A stretch of DNA of 64,000 nucleotides from Bacteroidales bacterium (GTDB taxonomy: Bacteria > Bacteroidota > Bacteroidia > Bacteroidales > GCA-2711565): the NCBI GenBank assembly GCA_963678785.1, contig OY787449.1:768704-832703 (forward strand), given 5' to 3'. Under the pieces are notes generated by a model. The model made no database searches. It was not told the DNA's origin and worked only from the letters and a program-made list of their open reading frames with translations. Positions 1 to 9,400 of the stretch are shown here, piece by piece. The first letter of the stretch is position 1, and each line of letters starts with the position of its first letter. The position numbers were made by a program, and so were the translations under genes.

Positions 1-1197
1 ACCGAAGTATTCAAAGATTGTAGTTTAACTTTAAGCATTCCCATAAAAAACGGTGAACTAAAAAAGCATTATAAATACGTTTCTGAATTTATACCCGGAG
101 CCACCTCTGCATCGGGAACAGTAAGCGCTGAAGTTGTTTATGCGGGCTATGGAATAACTGCTCCAGAATTTGGATATGACGATTATAAAAATGTGGATGT
201 AAAAGGTAAGATTATTTTAATCGAAAGAGAAATCCCTATAAGTGCTCGTGAAGATCGTGAAGCATTTATCAAATGGGCCCCATATTCTTATCATCAATAC
301 AAACTACACAATGCTGTAAAACATGGTGCCATCGGAATGATCTACAATTATGGGCCGATCTCAAATCCCAACAATGATTTTGTTGAAGATTTTGTTTATA
401 CCCATGTTGGAGATTCGGTAGTTGCTGATATTTTTGAAGGAACAGGGAAAACTCATGCACAAACTGTTCAGAAAATAAAGGACAAATTAAAGCCCCAATC
501 TTTTTACAGCAAAAAAACGATCACGATTAAGAATACTACCAAACATCATGCCGATGGAATGGGTAGCAATGTAGTTGGATATATAGAAGGCAATGACCCT
601 GTATTAAAAAACGAAGTCATCATCATTGGTGGTCATCTCGATCATTTGGGTTATTGTTATGAAATGATGCCCGGAGCCAACGATAATGCTTCTGCTGTTG
701 CAGTCATGATGGAAGTTGGTCGTGCCCTTAAAAAATACGACATTCAATTAAAGCGCTCCATCTTATTCTTAGGTTTTGGTGCTGAAGAAGCCGGAGTTGC
801 TGGTTCTAAGGCCTATGTTGAAAATCCTGTTTTTCCCTTGGATAAAACAGTTGGCCTTATCAATATGGATGGTGTAGGTGTCGGAAATAAAATTTCGGCC
901 CTTGCAGGCAAAACATTTCCAGAGTTATTCCAACCTTTTGCCGATGCCAACAACAAATATGTACATCGGGTGATGCGATCCAGCGAATTTGAAAATTTAG
1001 CGCGCCCTCGTTTGGATGCTGCACGTTTTATGACAGCAGGAGTTCCAATCATTAGTTATTCAACTTATGGGATTAATTACCCAGGACCCTCTGTTTATCA
1101 CACACCTGGCGACGACATTGACCGAATCACTCCTGAAATTATGGAAGATTTAGCTCAAATCGTTTTATTGGGAGTGATCGAATTAGCGAATAAATAA
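1..1197 (+). CDS. M28 family metallo-aminopeptidase with PA domain (5' end cut by window edge)
   Basis: Frame 1 is open from base 1 (no stop before the listed GTG at 193). Motifs GGHLDH, GANDNASAVAVMMEVGRAL and GFGAEEAGVAGS are typical of M28 Zn peptidases. The upstream part (VVYAGYGI, DVKGKIILIER) resembles a PA domain. Confidence 0.85.
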   Translation, partial: TEVFKDCSLTLSIPIKNGELKKHYKYVSEFIPGATSASGTVSAEVVYAGYGITAPEFGYDDYKNVDVKGKIILIEREIPISAREDREAFIKWAPYSYHQYKLHNAVKHGAIGMIYNYGPISNPNNDFVEDFVYTHVGDSVVADIFEGTGKTHAQTVQKIKDKLKPQSFYSKKTITIKNTTKHHADGMGSNVVGYIEGNDPVLKNEVIIIGGHLDHLGYCYEMMPGANDNASAVAVMMEVGRALKKYDIQLKRSILFLGFGAEEAGVAGSKAYVENPVFPLDKTVGLINMDGVGVGNKISALAGKTFPELFQPFADANNKYVHRVMRSSEFENLARPRLDAARFMTAGVPIISYSTYGINYPGPSVYHTPGDDIDRITPEIMEDLAQIVLLGVIELANK

Positions 1198-1229
1198 TGA
1201 GTTAAGGGATATCTAAAATTTACTTAAAT

Positions 1230-1322
1230 CGTCATTCTGAATTTATTTCAGAATCTCTAAATATTTGACTTTGGGATTCCGGAACCCCGCCTGATCGGAC
1301 GGGCAGGAAGTCCGGAATGACG
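1230..1322. repeat. Double-hairpin REP-like intergenic repeat, copy A (CGTCAT...ATGACG frame)
   Basis: cgtcATTCTGAAtttatTTCAGAATctctaaa...gATTCCGGA(long loop)TCCGGAATgacg. Same architecture as copies at 14290-14359 and 45482-45552. Lies between convergent genes. Confidence 0.75.
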
Positions 1323-1361
1323 GGACTAAAAAACATTTACCCTTTTTGAACAGCCTATTTC

Positions 1362-2279
1362 TTATTCCTTGGATACAGTATCAAATTCAGGAAATAACTT
1401 AGTAAACTTCTTAGGCAAAGCAGCCTGAATAAACATCTTTTTTTTCGTAAAAGGATGAACAAAAGATAAAGAAGAAGCATGCAAATAGAGGCCTTTTCCT
1501 TTTAAGATCAGCCCCTCTTTTCCATATTTCAAATCTCCGAAAATAGGGTTTCCTATTCCCGACATATGAATTCTTAATTGATGACGACGACCTGTGTGAG
1601 GTTTTAATTCTGTCAGATTTAAAAATTTAAATTTTGGAGATTCAATACTGCTCATAACTTTATATTCAGATCTGGCATCTTTATTTTCAATTTTTGATTG
1701 AATGATTCCAGCCTCTTTAAGCGAACCGATAATAACAGCATGATACACTTTGTCAATTTTTCGATCTTCAAATAGTTTGTTCAGTAATAAAACAGATTGT
1801 GAAGTTTTGGCGATCAATACTACGCCACTAGTCGGGTAATCCAGACGATGCACGGGTTCGGGGCGCAATAAAGCATCATCTCTTGAACTTTTTTTCAGAT
1901 TCCCTGACAGGGCATTTTCCAGCGTCCACCTTTTATTTCCGCTTACAACAATTCCGCAAGGTTTATTCACAACTGCCAGGTCATCATCCTCATAAAGCAC
2001 CTCAATTTTTAATGGAATATCAGGTTTAACCGTTTGTTTAATGTTCTGATAGATTTCTATGCATTCCCCACCTCTTAGGTGATCACCTGTAAATCCCGTC
2101 TTGCCATTGATCTTGATTAAGCCATTTTTTATGGCTTTTTTCATGGCCGCGCGAGAATTGATGGTTATAAAAATGCCCGCTTGATAGAAGTCAGAAAGTC
2201 TCACAATCGCATCCAATTCGGGTACGGTATATGACTCTACTTTTTTTAAATCATTTGCAGAATCCACTCCTTTACTCAT
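1362..2279 (-). CDS. RluA-family pseudouridine synthase with N-terminal S4-like domain
   Basis: 305-aa ORF. Catalytic motif HRLDYPTSGVVLIAK. RluA-type C-terminal core (GRRHQLRIH). Confidence 0.85.
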   Translation of the reverse strand: MSKGVDSANDLKKVESYTVPELDAIVRLSDFYQAGIFITINSRAAMKKAIKNGLIKINGKTGFTGDHLRGGECIEIYQNIKQTVKPDIPLKIEVLYEDDDLAVVNKPCGIVVSGNKRWTLENALSGNLKKSSRDDALLRPEPVHRLDYPTSGVVLIAKTSQSVLLLNKLFEDRKIDKVYHAVIIGSLKEAGIIQSKIENKDARSEYKVMSSIESPKFKFLNLTELKPHTGRRHQLRIHMSGIGNPIFGDLKYGKEGLILKGKGLYLHASSLSFVHPFTKKKMFIQAALPKKFTKLFPEFDTVSKE

Positions 2280-2430
2280 CCTTTAAAATCAATAATTTCT
2301 TTTTGTAAAAGTACGATTAATGTGATCTTAAAAAGAATGATGTTTTGAATAAAATATTTATTCATTAAAGATTAAGAATTCCATAAGAAGCCTTTTCAAT
2401 ATTCACTATTTTTGCTCAAAACCTTAAACC

Positions 2431-3792
2431 ATGTTTCAAAGCATCAACCCTTATACACAAAAAATCATAGCAGAGTATTGTCCATTAAATTCTGAAGAGC
2501 TTCATGATAAAATTCAGAAGACAGCCAAAAGTTTTCACAAATGGAAACAATGTAGCTTTCAGGAAAGATCCATCCTCTTTCTAGAAATGGCCAAATTACT
2601 CAGAGAGAATCAAGAAAAATATGCCCGTTTAATTACGGCTGAAATGGGTAAAATCATGAAAGAATCAAAGGCTGAAATCGAAAAATGTGCCTGGCTTTGT
2701 GAATATTATGCTAATAATACGGAGAAACTTTTAAGCGAAGAAAAAACAGAAAGCGATGCCATAAAATCCTACATTCTATTTGAACCTATGGGAGTTGTTT
2801 ATGCCATCATGCCCTGGAATTTTCCGTTTTGGCAAGTACTCAGGGCAGCCGTCCCCACCATGATGGCCGGGAACACCATGCTTTTAAAACATGCTCCAAA
2901 TGTAATGGGCTGTGCCGAGACCATTCAGGATTTATTCCTTGAATCGGGTTTTCCTGAAAATGCTTTTACCAACCTAATCATTCCGGTTGAGCTTTCTGAG
3001 CAGGTTGTAGCACATCCATCTGTCTGTGGAGTAACACTTACAGGGAGTGTGCAAGCTGGGAGTACTGTAGCAGCTCAAGCAGGTAAACATCTGAAAAAGT
3101 CGGTCATGGAATTGGGCGGTTCCGATCCTTTTATTGTTTTAAAAGATGCTGATTTAGATCAGGCCTGTAGTGCAGCAATTGCATCCCGGATGTTAAATGC
3201 CGGTCAGGTATGTATTGCTGCAAAACGATTTATCGTGGCAAAAGAGGTTCATGAACAATTCATTAATAAATACAAAAGCCTAATAGAAAAATTACAATTA
3301 GGCGACCCGCTGTTAGGAACAACAGATATAGGGCCAATGGCTCGCGAAGACTTGTTATTTAACATTGAAGATCAAGTTAAAAAATCAGTGGAGATGGGAG
3401 CTAAACTTCTTTCTGGAGGAAAACGTTTTGATCAAAACAGCTACTTTTATGAACCAACTCTTCTATCAGAAGTCACCAACAAAATGCCTGTTTTTAAGGA
3501 AGAAACCTTTGGTCCGGTTGCAACAATTATCAAAGCAGAAGATGAAGATGATACCATAAAAATTGCCAATGATTCAAGCATGGGTTTAGGTGCCAGTATC
3601 TGGACCCAAAATCTTGATTTAGCCGAAGAAATAGCGAGGCAGATTGAAGCAGGCGCTGTATTCATCAATGGGATGGTAAAATCCGATCCGAGAATCCCAT
3701 TCGGCGGAATAAAACAATCAGGTTTTGGCCGGGAACTGGGTTCTTACGGAATCAAAGAGTTTTTAAATATTAAAACGGTTTGGGTGAAATAA
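2431..3792 (+). CDS. NAD(P)-dependent aldehyde dehydrogenase (succinate-semialdehyde dehydrogenase-like)
   Basis: 453-aa ORF. ALDH motifs PWNFPFWQ, MELGGSDPF (catalytic Glu), GQVCIAAKR (catalytic Cys), EETFGPV. Confidence 0.85.
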   Translation: MFQSINPYTQKIIAEYCPLNSEELHDKIQKTAKSFHKWKQCSFQERSILFLEMAKLLRENQEKYARLITAEMGKIMKESKAEIEKCAWLCEYYANNTEKLLSEEKTESDAIKSYILFEPMGVVYAIMPWNFPFWQVLRAAVPTMMAGNTMLLKHAPNVMGCAETIQDLFLESGFPENAFTNLIIPVELSEQVVAHPSVCGVTLTGSVQAGSTVAAQAGKHLKKSVMELGGSDPFIVLKDADLDQACSAAIASRMLNAGQVCIAAKRFIVAKEVHEQFINKYKSLIEKLQLGDPLLGTTDIGPMAREDLLFNIEDQVKKSVEMGAKLLSGGKRFDQNSYFYEPTLLSEVTNKMPVFKEETFGPVATIIKAEDEDDTIKIANDSSMGLGASIWTQNLDLAEEIARQIEAGAVFINGMVKSDPRIPFGGIKQSGFGRELGSYGIKEFLNIKTVWVK

Positions 3793-3799
3793 TCATCAC

Positions 3800-3814
3800 A
3801 GGGACGTCGTCCCT
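3800..3814. repeat. AGGGACGTCGTCCCT palindrome followed by T-rich tract (terminator-like), copy 1
   Basis: 7+1+7 palindrome 8 nt after the ALDH stop, followed by ATCCTATTATTTTTT. The same 17-mer AGGGACGTCGTCCCTAT recurs at 28161-28177. Confidence 0.5.
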
Positions 3815-3887
3815 ATCCTATTATTTTTTAAAATATTCTTTCAAGAATAAAAATAAAAGACCACACAAGTTGCCAAATATTTTTTCA

Positions 3888-5675
3888 CTATTTGTTTTCT
3901 TCCAGAAGTAGCTGATTTAGTTTATCTTCCAGCATCCCATACTTTTTTTGAAGGTCTTCAAGAATACTTCTTTGCGTCTCAAAATCCTCGCCTGACAATT
4001 TTTGATCCGGAGGCTCAGATGATCCATCAATGGATCTTTCGATCCTCTTTCTAACAGTTTCACTCTTTTGGGCAAGCATTTCCTTTGTTACCATTAATGC
4101 CTGCGGCGCAAGGCCAGATCCACCTGTTGGGATATAAATTACAGTCAAATTTACATCTTGAAGTTCTGTAATAGATGATGAATTATATTTATTCACCCAA
4201 AGAGTAAAAGTATGAGCACCTTCCGTTACAGGAAAACATCGATGCTGTGCAAAAGAAGTATATTGATCTGAAGAATCTGTACAATTATAATCGGTAATGA
4301 GATTCAAATAGCTATACCATTCATTTTCAGCAGCCCAAGAAGAGTTTGGATCTTTATCCATTAATAGGCCACCTAAGTATAAATCCCAACCCGTGCTTTC
4401 CCACCTAATAAATCCACTGGCCATAACAAAACAAACCCCATTTGCAGGCACCGTTAATACAACCGATCTGACATTATCATAGGATGCATAATTAGATTGA
4501 ACCTGAAATCTTTGATTTCCGCCTACATAATTAATTAATGATTTTACATTCTTTAAGCCACTCCCATCTCCCATCATTTGCCCGGCACCATTTACTTTAA
4601 AAACATTAGATCCATTGCTTTTCTGAATCTCAATGCTACTCGTTTGATCGTTAGTGTTTAGCTTAATAACTTTCGAATTGGTTGTATTTGCAAGATCAGG
4701 AGCGTTCGTTAATTTAGAATAATTTGTTTTATTCCAATTGGTGGTATCAGCGGCTGTTATTCCTTTGGCAATAGAAGCATTAAAAACAGGATCGGTTTCT
4801 AAAAACGAGTCCAATTTATTGGTCCATTCTTCAATTTGGCTTTGTGTAATTCCGGCAGCAACCGAAGCATTAAAAACAGGATCGGTTTCAGTTGTCAAAT
4901 AACCTCTTTCATTAGTGGTATACCAAACCCATAGCGCTTTCCATTTGGTGATATCATCAGCGGTAATTCCTGCACTTGGATGAGCCATAAATGTTGGATC
5001 ACTTTCCACGAAATCATCAAGCTTACTGTTCCAATAGGCTGTGTCAGTTACAGTAATTCCTTTAGCTAAAGAAGCAGCAAACTCCGGATCAGTTTCTAAA
5101 TACTCGTCTAATTTATTGGTCCAACTTTCAATTTGGGTCTGAGTAATGCCAGCCGCAACTGAAGCACTAAAACTTGGATCCGTTTCAGCAAACTCACTTA
5201 ATTTATTCGTCCAGTTTTCTATTTGAGTTTGGGTTATTCCTGAGGCCGATGAAGCTGAAAAAACTGGATCAGTTTCATTAATTCCTCCTGAAATGTTTTC
5301 AGCCGTTTGTGCGTGCAAGGCATAAGGCACACTTAAGAGCTGGCTAGTTCCAAACTCAATTCCATCCACTACTATTTTAATAAAATAAGGTCCATTGGCC
5401 CAATCAATCATATTAAAATCTGAAGGGTTTTGCGATCCTATTGTGAGGTTCACCAATCCGAAGCTATTGGAAACTACGGAATGAGTCTCTGAGAAAGCTA
5501 AAGTTCCTTCTGCTGTGCCTTCCAAAATGGAAATCTCCATATTTACACTGGCATTGGCATTTACATTTCCAGCAGCATCACGAATGATGGCTTGATATTT
5601 AAAGCCTTGAACATTCTGTGAAAAAAGCATAGAACAAACAATTAATGCCAGAATTAATAAAGCTAACTTTTTCAT
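3888..5675 (-). CDS. Secreted tail-fibre-like repeat protein (signal peptide, Ig-like N-domain, 6x30-aa repeats, globular C-domain, C-terminal coiled coil)
   Basis: ORF 3888-5741, with the likely true start at the ATG at 5675 (MKKLALLILALIVCSMLFSQ signal peptide). GDGSGLKNV motif as in bacterial tail-fibre-like proteins. C-terminal heptad segment. Confidence 0.7.
   Translation of the reverse strand: MKKLALLILALIVCSMLFSQNVQGFKYQAIIRDAAGNVNANASVNMEISILEGTAEGTLAFSETHSVVSNSFGLVNLTIGSQNPSDFNMIDWANGPYFIKIVVDGIEFGTSQLLSVPYALHAQTAENISGGINETDPVFSASSASGITQTQIENWTNKLSEFAETDPSFSASVAAGITQTQIESWTNKLDEYLETDPEFAASLAKGITVTDTAYWNSKLDDFVESDPTFMAHPSAGITADDITKWKALWVWYTTNERGYLTTETDPVFNASVAAGITQSQIEEWTNKLDSFLETDPVFNASIAKGITAADTTNWNKTNYSKLTNAPDLANTTNSKVIKLNTNDQTSSIEIQKSNGSNVFKVNGAGQMMGDGSGLKNVKSLINYVGGNQRFQVQSNYASYDNVRSVVLTVPANGVCFVMASGFIRWESTGWDLYLGGLLMDKDPNSSWAAENEWYSYLNLITDYNCTDSSDQYTSFAQHRCFPVTEGAHTFTLWVNKYNSSSITELQDVNLTVIYIPTGGSGLAPQALMVTKEMLAQKSETVRKRIERSIDGSSEPPDQKLSGEDFETQRSILEDLQKKYGMLEDKLNQLLLEENK
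4710..5276 (-). repeat. In-frame tandem repeat array: five 90-bp units plus one 117-bp unit (30-aa consensus ETDPxFxASxAxGITxxQIExWTNKLxxF)
   Basis: Repeats counted directly in the translation: five 30-aa units and one expanded 39-aa unit. DNA-level identity is visible, e.g. ggcagcaaccgaagcattaaaaacaggatcggtttc. Confidence 0.85.
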
Positions 5676-5724
5676 TATTGATTTATTTTTATAAGGTTGT
5701 ATGTTAATACTTAATTTATGATCA

Positions 5725-6204
5725 TCAATTTGACTTAACAATTTTAAAAGTCTTTTGCTCGCTTTGTTGATTTATAATTTTCAGATAGTAGATAGATGGA
5801 ATCAGAAAATTAAATGGGATCACTGTCTCTTTATCAACAATTTGTTCCATTTTAATCAATCGTCCATTCATGTCAAAAAGCAAATATTTAAAATCGTTCA
5901 AATGATCTTTATTAACTTTTAAGATCACAAAATCTTTGGTTGGATTGGGATAAACTGATAATTCGTAATCAAGGTCTTGAATTTTATTGATGGCAGTAAC
6001 CGTTATATTGGCCTGGCAGAATCCTTGGGTCAAGCAACAATCGCCATGCGTCAGGGTTTCAATCACAATTTCTCCAATTGAAAAAGTGATAGATCCTTCA
6101 TTGTTTTCATGACAGCCACCCCCGGAATTTACAACTTCAAGTTGTTGCGCCCTTAAATTAATACCCAATAAAAATAAAACAATAATGATAGAAACAGGTT
6201 TCAT
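5725..6204 (-). CDS. Small secreted protein with T9SS type-A C-terminal sorting domain
   Basis: Likely start MKPVSIIIVLFLLGINLRAQ (ATG at 6204). The C-terminus LSVYPNPTKDFVILKV...YYLKIINQQSEQKTFKIVKSN matches the Por secretion tail pattern. Directly upstream of the tail-fibre-like gene. Confidence 0.7.
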   Translation of the reverse strand: MKPVSIIIVLFLLGINLRAQQLEVVNSGGGCHENNEGSITFSIGEIVIETLTHGDCCLTQGFCQANITVTAINKIQDLDYELSVYPNPTKDFVILKVNKDHLNDFKYLLFDMNGRLIKMEQIVDKETVIPFNFLIPSIYYLKIINQQSEQKTFKIVKSN

Positions 6205-6429
6205 AGACTTAAATTTAACTGACAATACACCAATGATTCTCACTGATATACAGTTTATTCGCTTCTAATATTAAACAATTTTAGTGGGGACAGTTAAATT
6301 CAGTCAATCTAGGCTTAAACAGGAAAGATAAATTGCATCATATTTTCGGTTACTAGTGATGAAGGTAATAATATAATTTATATTTTCAAAATCATTAAAA
6401 ACAATTCAAAGAAAAGTTTTAAATAAAGA

Positions 6430-6449
6430 GACTTGATAATCATCAAGTC
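6430..6449 (-). terminator. Hairpin downstream of tricorn-like protease gene
   Basis: gacttgat-aatc-atcaagtc, followed on the minus strand by a T-rich run (tctctttattt). Confidence 0.4.
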
Positions 6450-6474
6450 CCTTTATATTATATTTAAAGCAAAA

Positions 6475-9400
6475 TTATTTTAATTTTTCTAAAATAAAAT
6501 TGATGGCTTTATCCAATTGAGGATCATCTCCATTAATTCGATCTTTAAAAGTATTTTCGATATAAATATCAGGTTTTACACCTGTTTTTTCCAAGTCTTC
6601 GCCATTTAAGTTGAAACATCCCCAGGTTGGCAATCGGGTATAAGAACCATCAACCAAAGGCCATGCCGAAGTAAAGATAATCCATCGATAGGTCTCGGTA
6701 CCAATGATGGTTCCTAGATTCAAATTCCTAAAACCAGCAGCTGTCATTTCGGCATCGCTTAAACTATGTTCGTTAATAAGTAAAACAATGGGTTTACCTG
6801 AAGGCGCAAAATTAGGTTGAGGACTCATTTTACCATGACGCTGTTTCCACATCAAATAAGGAGATTGTGATAAAAATTGCAGCACAGCATCATGCACATT
6901 ACCACCTCGGTTATACCTCAGATCAAGAATAAGTGCATCCCGATGGACGGATTCGGTGGTCATATCAATCATAAAATCTGAGAGACTTCCTGTGCCCATA
7001 TCTTTCATATAAGCATAAGCTACTTTATTGCTGGTCTTGCTGTCAACCCTCTTTTGATTATTGGCAATCCACTCATCATAAAGCAAGGTATTCATGGCTC
7101 TTGAACTGATTGGGTGAATATTAACCACAAATTCCTGCTTATTTCTAACAAAGGTCAAACTTAATTCCGTAGGCAATTTTGCAAAACTGAAATAAGATGA
7201 TCGATTCAACTTTTCATTAACCTCAACTCCATTCACTTTAAGCAGTTTATCTCCTTTCTTTACCAAAGTTTCGGTAAGATCAAGTGGAGATTTATCCAGA
7301 ATACGGGACACCACAAAAGGATTATTTTCATCAAAAACAATTCCTGTTTCAGCATTGGCCACCCGGTAAAATGTTTTCTCTTCTTCTCCATTTGAACGGA
7401 ACGATAAATGCGAACCATTCAATTCGCCCAACATATCATTCAACAACAACCTCAAATCACTTCTACTTTTTATATGTGGAAAAAACTTTTCGTTTCTCTT
7501 TAAAACATTGGCCCAATCGGCACCATGGAAATCACCATCATAGAAGTTCTCATCTAAGGCCGCCCAGTTTTCATAATACATCTGCACAAATTCCTGGTTT
7601 AGCATTTTGCTAAACTGATGGGAAACATCAATTTTAGATGATTTATTTTGAACCAGATTTAAGGCATGTATGCTTCCTGAAACCAAGGCATAAACTTTAT
7701 CTTTCGCCTTTACAATATGAGCAATTCTGCCATTTACAATTTTATCTGTTTTTGGTCGATCGAATGGATCAATGGTCATCTTCCATAATCCATTAACCCC
7801 TTTATCATGATTTGACTGGAATAAAACAATGGTCTTGCCTTTTTGGTCTAATACGAAAGGCGCATATTGTTCTCCTCCTCTAACAAACAACCTTTCCCAT
7901 CTTTGGGTGATGTTTTTAGTATCAATAATTATTTCAGGCTTTAAAGAATCTTTTTTATTTTCAGCTTTGAATAAATCATCGTATTTATCCAGTTTAAAAT
8001 CTTTTGCAAAACGATATAAGGGGATTCTGTACATCCAATTGTTTTCAGTTCCTCTTGGGAAACCAGTACTAAATCTGTCGGCTGTAAAGTATAGATATTT
8101 ACCATCGGGTGACCAAGAAGGGTCATCTTCTGCTACACCATTATTGGTAAGGTTAATACTTTTCTTGGCTTTGATGTTAAACACAAAAATGTCACGCTCA
8201 AAATTTCGATAAGCCGTATAACTTAAATACTCATCATTTGGAGAAAATCTTGGGCCTTCGCCTCTAAACCAAAATTCATCATCGATCCAATTTTCAATTT
8301 TGAAAGTTTTTAAATCGATCATTTTTATGTGCCTGGTTCCACTGATATAAACCGCCTGGGTTTTTGCGTGGTTGAGTTCAAGCTCGCGTATGGTTGCATT
8401 TCCAGAGCTTAACTTTTTCTCTGCACCTGCAGTAGAACTGGCATCAATGGTGTATAAATTAGCCCAACCTTCTTGCGTTCGTGTATAGATTAGAGATTGA
8501 TTATCTTTCATCCATTTTACTTCACGAACCCTTTCGGCAGGATTCGTATTCATTTCCTTTATAAACTTTCCTTTGATATCAGAAACAAACAATCTACCTC
8601 GCGAAACAAAGGCAATTTTTTTATTGTCGGATGAAATGTCAAAAAAGGAGATTTTCCCTTTCACCTCATAATTTTTCACCGTATTTAAAACATCTGCTTC
8701 AAACAGATTAATTTGTGGTTGAATGGTTTTATTGCTTTTTACATCGTAAACAAAAAGCTGGTAATCTTTTGAGAAAACAATTTTATCACCATTTGCACTC
8801 ACCTGAGGGCGATTCATCGAAGATTTAAATCGAGTCAATTGCTTTTTTGTTCCGTTTACAAAAGTGTATAAATTATATTGTTCATTGTAATCATCCGAAA
8901 CGAAATACAATTTGCCGTTTCTGTCGACAGTTGGCCAAAAATCCTTACCAATATATTCGGTAAGCATTTTGAAATCGCCTGCTTTAGGGTCAAAATATTT
9001 TATATCCGGATTGTGATCACCTTTATATCTTTTACGATTTGGGAACATAAAACTCTCCCACGATTCGGTAAAATAAAATCCATTTGAAACTGGGTCTTTC
9101 ACCAAATGATGAGGCATATTAAAATAGTTATCTCCGAACATTCTGGTAGGTGTTCCGCCATCCACAGCTACTTCAAAAGAAGTAAAAGTGTTGTATCGGT
9201 TGGAGGTAAAATAGATGGATTTTGAGTCCCACGACCAGCTTTCAACAATGTCGTTTCCATCATGCACCGTAAGTTGTTTAATGTCTCCTCCCTCCCAGGG
9301 CATCACATATACATCGGCATTTCCGTTTTGGGTTGAAGAAAAAGCCAACCATTTTCCATCTGGAGAAAACCTGGGATTTGATTCAACTCCTTCAAAGGCA

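Noticed and set aside
5676-5741. Upstream extensions of several ORFs before their signal peptides: 3888-5741, 5725-6243, 28181-30214, 43438-43473 and 54526-54540
   Set aside because: In each case an internal ATG gives a canonical signal peptide or a conserved N-terminus (MKKLALLIL..., MKPVSIII..., MKKSFFSL..., gyrB MTEEEK..., rimM MDTSNY...). The extensions look non-coding.
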